This document shows, piece by piece, positions 48,385-61,517 of a stretch of DNA of 64,000 nucleotides. How positions within the stretch are numbered: position 1 is the first letter of the stretch; each line of letters opens with the position of its first letter. Source of the DNA: Octopus sinensis (Eukaryota); contig NC_043023.1 of assembly GCF_006345805.1 (NCBI RefSeq), positions 6,324,001-6,388,000 on the forward strand, given 5' to 3'. The translations under genes were made by a program, and so were the position numbers. The notes beneath the pieces were generated by a model. It did no database searches. It saw only the letters and a list, made by a program, of their open reading frames with translations, and had not been told where the DNA came from.

Positions 48385-48790
48385 TAATAAAATAAAGTAG
48401 CAGTGAAATACTGGGGTAGATTTAATATTCCTTTTAAATATCCTGGATGTCAATGGAATTATAATAGAAGACTAACACTAACTTTACCTTTCATTCTTGT
48501 AGGGTTAAAATAAAGTAGCAGTGAAATACTGGAGTAGATTTGATAGTCTTGATGTGAATGGAATTATAATAGAAGACTAACACTAACTTTACCTTTTGTC
48601 CTTCTGGGGTTGATTTAATATTCCTATAAAACATACTGGATGTGAATGGAATTATAATAGAAGACTAACACTTTACGTTTCATCCTTCTGGGTTTGATAA
48701 AATAAAGTAGCAGTGAAATACTGGGGTAGATTTGATAGTCTAGACATCAATACACTAACTTTACCTTTCGTCCATCTGGGGGGTTAAAAA
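48385..48790 (+). repeat. Degenerate tandem array of a SINE-B-like body unit
   Basis: 3-4 copies of aataaagtagcagtgaaatactggggtagattt...actaactttacctttc, similar to units in 55700-56172. Confidence 0.65.
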
Positions 48791-48959
48791 AAAGTGTATC
48801 CTATAACAACTGCCAGAAAATATCAACAAAGCATTTACAGTGTTACAAAATGGTTTATTAAAATAATTAACAGTTGAGAAAATTGTTTTGTTTTTCTTCA
48901 CCACCCCCGTCTTCGTCATCGTCATCATCATCATTATTATCATCGTTATTACACTGCTA

Positions 48960-49600
48960 CGATGACAGTGACGCCGACCATGACCACCACTACCAACATC
49001 ACCAACACCACTAATATTACCACCAACAGCAACAACACACCACCTCACCATCACACTACCATCACACCTCCACTACCACTAACACCACCTACTAACACTA
49101 CCATCTCCACCACTGTCACCACTAACATCACCACCATCTCAACCACCACCACCACCAACAACACACCACCACACCACCACCACCACTAACACTACCATCT
49201 CACTAATACTACTACCATCTCCACCACTGCCACAACTAACACCACCACCATCACCACCATCTCAACCACCACCACCAACAACAACATACCACCACACCAC
49301 CACCACTAACACTACCATCTCACTAATACTACTACCATCTCCACCACTGCCACAACTAACACCACCACCATCACCACCATCTCAACCACCACCACCAACA
49401 ACAACATACCACCACACCACCACCACTAACACTACCATCTCACTAATACTACTACCATCACCACCACTGCCACCACTAACACCACCATCTCCACCACCAC
49501 AACCACCATCATCACCACCAACACCAGCTCCTGCAGCAGCAGCACCACCACCACAACCACCACAACCACCACCACCACCACCACCACCAATGTCAGCATC
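48960..49600. repeat. ACC-rich minisatellite including three 120-bp tandem units
   Basis: Lines starting at 49201 and 49321 are identical, and 49261 and 49381 are identical. Confidence 0.95.
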
Positions 49601-49662
49601 AGACATAGCGTTCATCACCATGGCAATATATCTTCCACTCTTAATGTCAGCATTCACAAGTC

Positions 49663-50155
49663 TTAATCCAGATTAGCCTGACTGCTGTCATTTCTTTCCT
49701 TACCATTGCCATGACCACCACCACCACCACCAACATGACCACCACCCTGGACTATTGGTGCATTGATTGTTATCTGTTCTCGGCCCCTATGGTTGTAACA
49801 AGGCCCTTTTCTTGGGTGGTGTGAGTTCGTGTCTGAATTTGGGTGCAAATTTCTGTTTGGGTTTGACGTCATCTCTGGTCTACGTCCGGCCGCAGGGTCC
49901 AGGGGCGTCTTGATCTGTGGGCCCTGCTGATCTCCCCCTCCTCCGACGTAGAGACCCACCAGAAGTAAGATGAAGAAAGACATCACCACACCGCTTACTG
50001 CCATAGCAACTGACCGCTTGGCCAGGGAGAAGGCACTACGCAGCTGGCCGCGCCTCGTGTGGCGCCGTGACTGGAAGTGAAGGTTGAGGGCGATGCCGCC
50101 GAGGAGAGGATTAGCCAGGAGACATACGGTGAGGAGCAGGATTCGGTAGAGAGAC
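49663..50155 (-). CDS. Terminal coding exon of a CD225/dispanin-like (PRRT/IFITM-type) membrane-protein gene
   Basis: Strong acceptor ctctctctcttccacag| at 50156. It encodes SLYRILLLTVCLLANPLLGGIALNLHFQSRRHTRRGQLRSAFSLAKRSVAMAVSGVVMSFFILLLVGLYV: two hydrophobic segments around a basic loop, as in CD225. Stop at 49663. The rest of ORF 49663-51099 is intronic microsatellite. Confidence 0.65.
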
Positions 50156-50159
50156 CTGT

Positions 50160-51290
50160 GGAAGAGAGAGAGGGAGAGGTGAGAGAATGTGTGTGTTTGA
50201 GGGAGGGAGAGAGAGAGAGATGAGTGTGTGTGGGAAAGTATGTGTGTATGTGTGAGAAAGTGTGTGTGTGTGTGAGAGAAAGTGTGTGTGTGTGAGAGAG
50301 AAAAAGTATGTGTGTGTGTGTGAGTAAGTACGTGTGTGTGTGTGTGTGCGAGAAAGTATGTGTGTGTGTGTGAGAGAGAAAAAGTATGTGTGCGTGTGTG
50401 AGTAAGTACGTGTGTGTGTGTGTGTGTGCGAGAAAGTATGTGTGTATGTGTGAGAGAAAGTGTGTATGTGTGTGAGACAAAGTATATGTGTGTGTGTGTG
50501 AGAAAGTATGTGTGTGAGAAGGTATGTGTGCGAGAAAGTGTGTATGTGTGTGTGTGAGACAAAGTATATGTGTGTGTGTGTGAGAAAGTATGTGTGTGTG
50601 TGTGAGTAAGTACGTGTGTGTGTGTGTGCGAGAAAGTATGTGTGTGTGTGTGTGAGAGAGAAAAAGTATGTGTGAGTAAGTACGTGTGTGTGTGTGTGTG
50701 CGAGAAAGTATGTGTGTATGTGTGAGAGAAAGTGTGTATGTGTGTGAGACAAAGTATATGTGTGTGTGTGTGAGAAAGTATATGTGTGCGAGAAAGTATA
50801 TGTGTATGTGTGAGAAAGTATGTGTGTGTGTGTGAGAGAAAGTGTGTGTGTGTGAGAGAGAAAAAGTATGTGTGCGTGTGTGAGTAAGTACGTGTGTGTG
50901 TGTGTGTGCAAGAAAGTATGTGTGTGTGTGAGAGAAAAAGTATGTGTGCGTGTGTGAGTAAGTACGTGTGTGTGTGTGTGTGCGAGAAAGTATATGTGTA
51001 TGTGTGAGAAAGTATGCATGTATGTGTAAGAAAGAGTGTGTGCATGTGTATGAGTGTGTGAGAGAGTGTACGTGAGTATGTGTGTGTGTATGAATGCATG
51101 TATGGGAGAGAGAGAGAGACAGTGTGTGTGGTTGTGAGAGTACGTATGTGTGTGTGAGAGAGAGAGCCTGTATATGAAAGGGAAAGTATGAGTGTGTGTG
51201 AGTAAGGGAGAGAGAGAGAGAGGAGAGTGTGTGTGTCTCTACGTGTATGAGAGAGAGCGTGTGTGTTTAGGCATGAGTGTCAGAGTGAGA
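50160..51290. repeat. Intronic GT/GA compound minisatellite with higher-order units
   Basis: Repeating gagaaagtatgtgtgtgt / gagtaagtacgtgtgtg units. Confidence 0.95.
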
Positions 51291-51494
51291 GCTGTTCAAG
51301 CAATGATTGTCCTATCTCTTATTCAGTGATAGAGTATCAAGGACTGCATTATCTAACATACGGTATAAATAGTAGTTATAATTGTGGTTGTTGTTGGTGT
51401 TGAGTCTTCTAAGAAGAATCTTCCTCAAGTTTTCCCCTCTGAAGATGGAATAGTCTGCCATTATGTGAAAAGATTTTCTTCATCTGCTGAGAAA

Positions 51495-51786
51495 TCTTTA
51501 TATTTTAAAGTGAAGTTGTGTGTCTGTCTCCTACGATTTAGATTCCTAACTACTCCCACATTTTGCGGTGCAGTTTAACCAAAAGCGGGTATCTTATAGT
51601 CGTCATTCATATCGAGCCCTTCTGGGTATTAGTGCGTGTCTAGGATGAGTCTACGATTTAAAAAAAAATTTACTATCATTTTTCCGCATTTTTAATGATT
51701 TTTGCTCGGGTTATATAAGGGAAGTAACTCTCTAAAAATGCTTATATAGTTATTTCCCTTACAGCAACGCCGGGCGATACTGCTAG
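51495..51786 (+). mobile_element. Non-autonomous Helitron
   Basis: A|TC start, CTAG|T end, partial subterminal hairpin; homologous to 61518-61913. Confidence 0.75.
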
Positions 51787-51810
51787 TACACTATATTCTA
51801 AAGTTCCCAG

Positions 51811-52407
51811 ACTAGTTCTTATTTCTTTATTGCCCACAAGGGGCTAAATATAGAGGGGACAAACAAGGATTAAGTCGATTACATCGACCCTAGTACGCAA
51901 CTGACACTTAATTTATCGACCCCGAATAGATGAAAGGCAAAGTCGACCTCGGCGGAATTTGAACTCAGAACGTAATGGCAGACAAAATACCTATTTCTTT
52001 ACTACCCACAAAGGGCTAAACACAGAGGGGACAAACAAGGATAGACAAACGGATTAAGTCGATTATATTGACCCCAGTGTGTAACTGGTACTTAATTTAT
52101 CGACCCCGAAAGGATGAAAGACAAACTCGACCTCGGCGGAATTTGAACACAGAACGTAATGGCAGACGAAATACCTATTTCTTTACTACCCACAAGGGGC
52201 TAAACATAGAGAAGACAAACAAGGACAGACAAACGGATTAAGTCGATTATATTGACCCCAGTGCGTAACTGGTACTTAATTTATCGACCCCGAAAGGATG
52301 AAAGGCAAAGTCGACCTCGGCGGAATTTGAATTCAGAATGTAACGGCAGACGAAATACTGCTAAGCATTTCGCCTGGCGTGCTAACATTTCTACCAGCTC
52401 GCCACCT
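51811..52407 (-). mobile_element. tRNA-derived SINE (family B) with three tandem 3' body units
   Basis: Head ggtggcgagctgg..B-box gagttcaaattcc; ~180-bp unit repeated three times. Confidence 0.8.
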
Positions 52408-52520
52408 AGTTCTGTAGCGCGCCAACAGATGGCAGCACATGGCTGCGTGTGCTGCCATCTGTTAGCAGTCACCTTCATGAGGCAGTGTGCCGAGTGACAT
52501 CGCTGTGTTTACTTCGTAAG

Positions 52521-52933
52521 TTACTCTTTTACTTGTTTCAGTCATTTGACTGTGGCCATGCTGGAGCACCGCCTTTAGTCAAGCAAATCGACCCCAGGAT
52601 TTAAACTTTGTAAGCCTAGTACTTATTCTATCGGTCTCTCTTGCCGAACCGCTAAGTGACGGGGACGTAAACACACCAGCATCGGTTGTCAAGCAATGCT
52701 AGGGGGACAAACACAGACACAAACACATACACATGCACACACATACATATATATACACACATATATACGACGGGCTTCTTTCAGTTTCCGTCTACCAAAT
52801 CCACTCACAAGGTTTTGGTAGGCCTGAGGCTATAGTAGAAGACAATTACCCAAGGTGCCATGCAGTGGGAATGAACCCGGAACCATGTGGTTGGTAAGCA
52901 AGCTACTTACCACACAGCCACTCCTGTGCCTAT
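52521..52933 (-). mobile_element. SINE family A, full length
   Basis: Homologous to 23740-24107. Confidence 0.88.
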
Positions 52934-53284
52934 TGTGAAATTTGTGTTTCTCTGATCACATGTATACTGTAGTCTGGGATTTTATCATGTACAAAACAAA
53001 GAGCCAATGAGGAATTACAACCGTGTTTCGTGGTCTGCTACCACAACAGCTCCTTTATAGGATCCAGTTAGCACAAGACATCATCAGGAAGAACCACGTC
53101 CGGTTTCGGCCCCTACTCCTCTACCGTTTTGACGTGGTGGGCCCCCCCCCTTTCGGAGGTGTCTTCAGCTCTGGTGTTGGGTGCATGTCTTCTTTCTTCT
53201 TCTTTCTTCTGTTCCCTGGCCTCTTCGATGTATCGTCAGCGAGTGTCAGCCGGTGACTGACTGTCTTGTCAAATTTCTCCCTTT

Positions 53285-53930
53285 AAATTTTGCGTTAGAC
53301 ATGGGAACTCTGCAACAGAAGCATTAAGTATGCTTTGGCAAGCTTACAGCGATGAGGCAATGGGTTGTACGCAATGTTCCGAGCAGCACAGGCACTTCCA
53401 GAGTAGAAGTACATCTCTGGAAGGCAATGAGCGATCTGGAAGATCTGCCACAAATGTAACCCCGGAAATGGGGTATTGTGCATTGATAATTTGTCCCCCG
53501 GGGCCAGACTGCTAATCGAGAGTTCTACTATATTTTGAAGTGTTTGAGGAAGGATGTTCGATGAAAGCGACTGGATCTGTGGAGCGTGAAGAATTGGATG
53601 ACAATTCCCCCTGTCATTGAAATCTTCTCACTTGCGAGTTTCTCGCCAAAAACAAGGTACTGCTTCTGCACCTGCCCTATTTGCCAGATTTAGCACCTGC
53701 GGACTGCCATCTCTTCCCCAAGATGAAAATGCAGATCAGAGGTCACTGTTTTAATACTATTGTTGAGATCCAGAGCAAATCGCAGAAGATCCTTGACACG
53801 CTTATGAAAAACTTCCAGGCTGGATTCCAAAAGTGGCAAGAACACTGGGACCTGTGTATTACTGCATGAGTTGGCTATCTTAAATGCGAGGATGTTAAAA
53901 CTTAGGTAAATAAGTTATCTTTTATTAAGC
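53285..53930 (+). mobile_element. Internally deleted mariner remnant
   Basis: PY.PDLAPADCHLFPKMK...FQKWQEHWDLCI (YSPDLAP motif) plus degenerate N-terminal HTH coding. Confidence 0.8.
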
Positions 53931-54139
53931 ATAAGTAGTACATGCATACATACTTCTAAATTTTGTACGATTCTCTTATTTTTTCATTCTTTCCTTCTTT
54001 CTATCGGCCCCTTCACACTTCTTTCGTTCTTTCCCCCTCTCTCACATTTCCTGGCTTTCTCTTCATTCTCTCCTCTTTCATTTAACTCTGTCCCTTTACT
54101 TTTTTTCTCATCCCTCCCTAATTCTTTTGTCCATATTAT

Positions 54140-54193
<54 letters not shown>

Positions 54194-54715
54194 TATATAT
54201 ATATCATTATTATTAATTCAGACACTAAATTCAATAAACATTTTCTTAATCGACAATTCATTCACTCAAAATTTACTACCAAATACACCGATGTTAAATA
54301 AATGTATAAAGTTACGATTATTATAAAACCCTACCATTTCTTGCATAATAATGATAATATTCGTATATTGTAATTATGCCTTTTTATTTGTGGTATTCAA
54401 CTGATGTACCAGTGAAAATTGGGTGTTTTACATCCCTTTGAAGGAATTGATTTTTTCCTTCATTTGATTATAACGCCACGCATCCATTTCGAAGTAAGTT
54501 TTATCTTAATAATTCTGATGCGCACTCTACAACCTATCTCTATTCTATCTCCCTCTCTTGTTCTTCTCCCTTTCTGCTTTTCTCTCCCACTCTTTCTCTA
54601 ATTCTTCTCTTCTCCCCTTCACTGTTCCCTCTCTTTCCCTCGCTCTTCCTCCTTGGCTTTCTCGTTGCTCACACGTGACCAACGGCTATCTTTCTTTCTT
54701 TCTTCCACTTCCTTC

Positions 54716-54761
<46 letters not shown>

Positions 54762-55024
54762 ATATATATATACAGAGAAAAAGAGAGATAATAAGAAAGA
54801 TAGATACATAGATAGATAGATAAACAGACAGACATACACACACACACATATATATAGAGGGAGATAGATAGATAAATACATAGATATATACATACATATG
54901 AAAGTGGATACATAGATAGACAAATAGATGGAGAAATATATTAGGCAGATAGATAGACAGATAGCTATCAGACAGGTTGATAGATAGATAGATAGCTAGC
55001 TAGGTAGATAGATACATACATACA

Positions 55025-55055
<31 letters not shown>

Positions 55056-55139
55056 GAAGGTGGATATACAGATAGACAGACAGATATATTAGGTAGACAG
55101 ACATATTAGATAGACAGATAGATATATTAGACATATATT

Positions 55140-55188
<49 letters not shown>

Positions 55189-55274
55189 CCAGACCGATTG
55201 ATTGAAAGACAGACAGCTTGATAGAAGGATTTATGAGAGAGTGAGCAACGATGATATAAGGAGAGAAAACTCAC

Positions 55275-55430
55275 GTTTTATCTGAAAATTGGTTTATCCG
55301 AGTCATATTGCCAACAGTCCTTGGTCTTCTGTTCTGAAGAGTTGTTGAGCTGAGCTGGTATGGAGTGGTGCGGGATGGTGGGGGCTGACTGTCATTGTGT
55401 ATGGGAATGTGACAAAAATAGTCTGCCTGG
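55275..55430 (-). CDS. Probable internal coding exon of the same dispanin-like gene
   Basis: Acceptor tgtttgttaactgtcag| and donor AC|GTGAGT bound a 156-nt open exon (QADYFCHIPIHNDSQPPPSRTTPYQL...NQFSDK). Its phase-2 end joins in frame to the exon starting at 50155. Confidence 0.55.
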
Positions 55431-55699
55431 CTGACAGTTAACAAACACATGCATATACACCTTTACATATTCACGTTTGTATGCGTGTTTGTCAATCTCT
55501 CTCTCTCTCTCAATCTATCTGTCTGTCTGTCTGTCTTTCTGCCTCACTCTCTACCTCTACCTAATCTGTCTGTCAGTCTAGTTATCTACAAGGTGGCATC
55601 AAACAGTTCCCAGACTAATTTTGTAGCGCGCCAACAGATGGTGGCACATGGCTGCATGCTCACTGGGAGCTAGCAGTGACCTTCATGAAGCAGTGTGCT

Positions 55700-56172
55700 A
55701 AGGGTGGTGAGCTGGCAGAATCGTTAGCATGCCGGGCGAAATGCTTAGCGGTATTACGTTCTGAGTTCAAATTCCGCCGAGGTCGACTTTGCTTTTCATC
55801 CTTTTGGGGTCGATAAATTAAGTACCAGTTACGCACTGGGGTCGATGTAATCGACTTAATACCTATGTCTGTCCTTGTTTGTCCCCTCTGTGTTTAGCCC
55901 CTTGTGGGTAGTAAAGAAATAGGTATTTCGTCTGCTGTTATGTTCTGGGTTCAAATTCCGTCGAGGTCGAGTTGCCTTTCATCCTTTCGGGGTCGATAAA
56001 TTAAGTACCAGCTACTTACTGGGGTCGATATAATCGACTTAATCCGTTTGTCCTCTCTGTGTTTAGCCCCTTGTGGGTAGTAAAGAAATAGGTATTTCGT
56101 CTGCTGTTATGTTCTGAGTTCAAATTTCGTCGAGGTCGACTTTCATCCTTTCGGGGTCGATTAAATAAGTAC
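55700..56172 (+). mobile_element. SINE family B with three tandem body units
   Basis: Reverse complement of 51811-52407. Confidence 0.8.
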
Positions 56173-57531
56173 CAGTCTGTCAGTTGTGTTGGTTTGTTTT
56201 TCTCGATTTCAGCACGACGTGTATCTATAGTGATTATAAAAGGAAATGTGGAAATTGACGATTTAATGTCTGTTCTTAGTATATTGGCATGGAAATAATT
56301 TTTCTTTTGCCCTTGTTCATAAGTTGTTTATAATTTTAACCTTTAAAGGTATTTAATATGCTGCCACTTTTGATGGAATTCTTTTCGGAAAAAAATTTAT
56401 CCTATATTAGTAGTAGATTTATTACCATTCACTCAGGGACTGGTAACCACTATAAGCCGTGGTTCAGAATAGTTCACACATTTAGCAAGCTGAGGCTGGC
56501 TAAAGGATTTTACATTCAGATATAACTGGGGCGCCTAAATGTACTCATGACTCTTGCCTATATTTTTTTCCATGGGTGCTTGTAAGTATGTCATTTATGT
56601 CTTATCCTATTTTCTACTGAAGATGGAAGAGTCCGTAGGATTAATCCCGAAATTGATTCAATATAGAAATAACGAACTTTTTAAAAGAATTCTGTTGGCT
56701 AACTTTCCTCGATTTCAGCACGATGTGTATTTATAGTGAATGTATAACGAAATGTGGAAATCGACGATTTAAAGTCTCTTATCAGCATATTGGCATAGAA
56801 ATAATTTTTCTTTTGCCCTTGTTTATAAGTTGTTTATATATATATATATAGGGGGGAATTCACGAAAAAAAAAACCCAAGACGAAGACAGGCGGTGTAGA
56901 AAACAAGCAGATGTATTAGTATAACGCTCGTTTTTGAAGCGAGTTTTTTTGAAAATGAGTACAGAAAGGTTAATGGAACGCTGAAAGCAGTGGGAAGGAT
57001 ATATGCGGAGGTATTGTTTTAGGCGGTTGTGGAGAGTGAGGAGGAAGGATTTGTAGTCTGGCATTTGTAGCAGCAATACCCGTCGTCGATCGGGTAATAC
57101 TTTACTCTTTCTCAGGAGCAGCATTCAAAGTGTTATACATAACACTTTATGTATGCGTGTATTTTATAAGAAAAAAACATGTAATAATTGAAGTAGAAAA
57201 AAGATCAGTTTCATACAGGAACTTCTGTTTGTTTATTATATGACAATAACAAATGAGTTGTTTGAGTTATTTTATATATTAATACAGTAATGGCAATTAT
57301 ATAATAGAGAAGGCTTTGGTTGGCATGGAGCTGTAATGAAAGGGGATTACCCAATGTGCCACACAGTGGGAGTGAACTCAAACCGTCATGGCTGGAAGGT
57401 AAGATTCTCAACCACACAGCCACGCCTATAAAGGAGAGATACATTTTGGATAATATACTCCTTGATACAATATACTTAACAAAAATAGGGGCTGTTTACG
57501 GCGAGAAGACAACTAACAATACCACACCATA

Positions 57532-58001
57532 CAGGGTGTTACAGAAATAACTATCTGTTTTAATGAAACTGAGCAAATTTTTTAAAAAATGACAGAATTT
57601 TATGTTTATTACCAAAAGAAATCGATTTATAAATCTTACGTCAAACTTTTATTGAAAATTTTTAACATGTCTGTATCCCTGCATACTTCAAATCTCTCCT
57701 TAGCATTGTGAAACACATTTTGAAGCATTCCAGGAGTTCGCTCCTGCACTGCTAACTGAACAGCTAAACGATTGCTCCATCTTGGGGATGGAGGTAAGGA
57801 AAATTATTACTGCTAATTTGCCAAAAAAGCTGTCATGGACAAATAAGAGGGGTCCAACGGGAATGAAAATAAAATTAGAAACAAAATTCAAAATTTTTAC
57901 ACTTTTAACACATATTGAACATGATCAACATAAATAAAAGTGAGTTTTAGAAAAAATGCATCCGATTTCACTCAAATCATCATTAATTCTAGGACAGCCT
58001 G
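57532..58001. mobile_element. Degenerate Tc1/mariner-type non-autonomous element
   Basis: TA-CAGGGTGT ... ACAGCCTG-TA termini. Confidence 0.45.
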
Positions 58002-58797
58002 TATTTACTCATCCGATGAAACGGGGCAGGGAACACAGGGGGAGACTAATTGCAGGTGACGAATGTAGCTTCCAGAAGTGGCCACACGGTCAAACTCAAA
58101 TGGCAGTGAGTCACAGCAGTAGTTTGTTTTTCTATATGAACTATAGTTCAGACATGGAGGACATAGAAAGCAGACATGCTGTGGGGCCATGCTGGGTTGC
58201 ACAGGATTGGAAACGTGAAGCATCAACAGGGCACTTCTGGAGAATGGATGAATGAGTTTGTGGTGCCTTTACCCAGCTGCACACACATGCACATGGCCCG
58301 GTGGTGCGTGGGATGGTAACATGAAGCATCAATAGGGAACCTACAAAAATTTTAATGTTCTTCTCATTTCCTCTGCCAAATTGGACAAAAAGGTTTCCAT
58401 GAAATATGCGCGACTTAAAATTCATAGGTAGTGTCAATATTTTATCGTCGGAAAATGGCCTAAAACAAAGTATACTAAAATCTGATTAATCTGTATTTAT
58501 GGGGGCGGGGGGGGGGGCATAGTGGGCATCGGAAACTTTTCTAGTCAACAGCGATTCGAGGATCTTGATTAATGTTTGTTCCCAGTCTGGAGGAACGCGA
58601 CTGGATACTCTTCAAATTACGGACCTTAACGCTGTGAAAATGCCCCAGGGCCCGCATTAGGCAAGGAGTTGAACATTGTTTTGGTCCATGACACTCCATG
58701 GACCCTATGTAATGCATGTGTAAAATTTCATAAAAATCGGTTGGTTGGATCTCGAGTTTTAACGACATGATAAACACACAGACACCCACACATCCTG

Positions 58798-58874
<77 letters not shown>

Positions 58875-58931
58875 TATATATATAAATAAATATATATATA
58901 TATATAAATAAATATATATATATATATATAT

Positions 58932-59730
58932 ATGGATGAGGATAGCTGTGTGAAAAAGTGCCATACCCTAGCAGCTGAAGGAACATGTGGAAGAGGTAGA
59001 CCCAGGAAGACCTGGGATGAGGTGGTGAGGCACGACCTTCGAACATTAGGCCTCACCGAGGCAATGACTAATGACCGAGACCTTTGGAAATATGCTGTGC
59101 ATGAGAAGACCCAGCAAGCCAAATGAGACCATAACCACGTGGCCTATGCCAGGGGTGTAACCAGTCCACTTATGTGTACCTTTCCTTCATTGGACACTAA
59201 ACTCTGCTTGCGAAGATCTGTTGAGGCAAGTGAATTCGAAATCAAAATCGAAATCAAATTCGATGACAGCACCGTATGAATGGCATCCGTGCTAGTGGAG
59301 CGCTAAGAGCACCATCCGAACGTGATCGTTGCCAAGGCAGCCGACTGGCTTCTGTGCCGGTGGCACGTAAAAAGCATCATTCGAGCGTGATCGTTACCAG
59401 CGTCGCCCTACTGTCACTTGTGCCGGTGGCACGGGAAAAAAATATTTGAGCGAGGTCGTTACCAGTGCCGCTGAACTGGCTTCTGTGCAGGTGGCACGTA
59501 AAAAACACCATTTGAGCGTGCCCGTTGCCAGTACCGCCTAACTGGTCCTCGTGCCGGTGGCACGTAAAAGCACCCACCACACTCTCGGAGTGGTTGGCAT
59601 TAGGAAGTGCATCCAGCTGTAGAAACTCTGCCAGATCAAGATTGGAGCCTGGTGCAGCCTTCTGGTTTGCCAGTCCTCAGTCAAATCGTCCAACCCATGC
59701 CAGCATGGAAAGCGGACGTTAAACGATGAT
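58932..59730 (+). mobile_element. RTE LINE 3' end with a long repeat-containing 3' UTR
   Basis: [15 protein letters not shown]...DRDLW; tandem gccggtggcacgtaaaa units; (GAT) tail. Confidence 0.82.
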
Positions 59731-59734
59731 ATAC

Positions 59735-60036
59735 ATATATATATATATACTTTATTTAAAAGCAACCGAAATTCAACAAAACCTGTTACTCTGAGTTTCA
59801 TATGTATATATCACCAATATTTATATATATTATGTGTGTATATATGTATGTATGTATATATATATGTATATTATATATATGTATTTATATCGCATATATA
59901 TTTATATATTTCATGTATATATATATATATATATATATCACATATATATTTATATATATTATGTGTGTGTATATATATATATATATTTATATATATTATG
60001 TACACACACACAAGCACATATATATCACACATATAT

Positions 60037-60068
<32 letters not shown>

Positions 60069-60146
60069 TTATCGATCTATCTATCTATCTATTTATCGAT
60101 CTATCTATCTATCTATTTATCGATCTATCTATCTATCTATTTATCG

Positions 60147-60232
<86 letters not shown>

Positions 60233-60245
60233 ACACACATGCACA
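59735..60245. repeat. TA / TATC microsatellite block (another TA block at 58800-58931)
   Basis: Direct inspection. Confidence 0.95.
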
Positions 60246-60454
60246 TGTATGTATGTATGTGTGCACGTTCGTAGGTGACTGTTTCATGTCATCTCTTTGA
60301 CAAGTTTGTGTTTGATGGTGGAAATGCCTGATCAAAACATTTCTACAGTCTGACAGGAAGAATGTGCTTCCAGAATTTATTTATACACTCACCGGAATTT
60401 TATTGTTTTCCAACCTTTTTTTAATACTTTGATTGTTTAAATAGACTCACACGC

Positions 60455-60460
60455 TCATAT

Positions 60461-60491
<31 letters not shown>

Positions 60492-60537
60492 CCACCACCA
60501 TCACCACCGTCATCATCATCATCATCATCATCACCAT

Positions 60538-60569
<32 letters not shown>

Positions 60570-60593
60570 CCATCATCATCATCGTCATCGTCG

Positions 60594-60632
<39 letters not shown>

Positions 60633-60778
60633 CCACCACCATCATCGTCATCATCATCACCACCACCAACAACATCATCATCATCATCATCATCATCACA
60701 ATCATCACCACCACCACCACCATCATCATCATCCCCACCACCACCACCACCACCACCATCATCATCATCACCACCACT

Positions 60779-60834
<56 letters not shown>

Positions 60835-60835
60835 T
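60455..60835. repeat. (CAT/CAC)n trinucleotide array grown from a family-C element tail
   Basis: The array runs directly into catttaacgtctgttttccatgc. Confidence 0.9.
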
Positions 60836-60978
60836 TAACGTCTGTTTTCCATGCTCGCGTTGGTTAGATGGTTTGACGAACGAGGCAAGGTTTAGGTTAA
60901 GAGTTTCGTCCCTCCCGTATGTGGCGCTCTCACCGTGGCGGCCGGGGTTCGTTTCCTCGCTTGGGAAGAGCTTCTTCA

Positions 60979-61394
60979 TAGGCGCAGGAGTGGCTGTGTG
61001 GTAAGTAGCTTGTTTACCAACCACATGGTTCCGGGTTCAGTCCCACTGCGTGGCACCTTGCGCATGTGTCTTCTGCTATAGCCCCGGGCCGACCAATGCC
61101 TTGTGAGTGGATTTGGTAGACGGAAACTGAAAGAAGCCTGTCGAATATATGTATATATATATATATATAAGTGTGTATGTGTTTGTGAGTCTGTGTTTGT
61201 CCCCCCCAACATCGCTTGACAACCGATGCTGGTGTGTTTACGTCCCTGTAACTTAGCGGTTCGGCAAAAGAGACCGATAGAATAAGTACTGTGCTTACAA
61301 AGAATAAGACCCGGGTCGAGTTGCTCGATTAAAGGTGGTGCTCCAGCATGGCCGCAGTCAAATGACTGAAACAAGTAAAAGAGTAAAAGAGTAA
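60979..61394 (+). mobile_element. SINE family A, full length
   Basis: A/B boxes and AAAAGAGT tail. Confidence 0.88.
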
Positions 61395-61517
61395 ATAATC
61401 TTTCAGCTGTTTCTGGGATATTGTAGATATCCCTTCATCAGAGACGGTGTGAGAAAATTCGAATTATTGTAGAAAAGATGTGGAATTTTGAGGGAAATAT
61501 GAGAATGAAAGTAGATA

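Noticed and set aside
49382-49657. Gly-rich ORF after the dispanin-like stop
   Set aside because: GGT-repeat translation with no splice or start support; probably 3' UTR.
49995-51099. Long His/Thr-rich ORFs (478, 302 and 161 aa)
   Set aside because: Translation of GT/GA minisatellite. Only 49663-50155, after the splice acceptor, looks coding.
53000-53260. CTGATGA...GAAAC hammerhead-like motif on the minus strand
   Set aside because: Stem I cannot pair and the first stem II pair is mismatched; at best a decayed Penelope end.
54400-54500. Plus-strand AG...GTAAGT exon-like segment
   Set aside because: All frames contain stops and there is no partner exon.
56195-56835. ~135-bp diverged direct repeat about 510 bp apart
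   Set aside because: No TG..CA termini, PBS or TSD seen; probably two decayed copies of an unclassified repeat.
58141-58437. ORF with faint similarity to a Helitron helicase C-terminus
   Set aside because: The FHGNLFV..GR match to FSHGQLYVA.SR is too weak and no other helicase motifs are present.
60240-60395. Candidate upstream exon(s) of the dispanin-like gene
   Set aside because: A good acceptor pairs only with a weak donor (GTGCAC), and the strong donor at ~60393 follows non-coding-looking sequence. Not supportable without RNA data.
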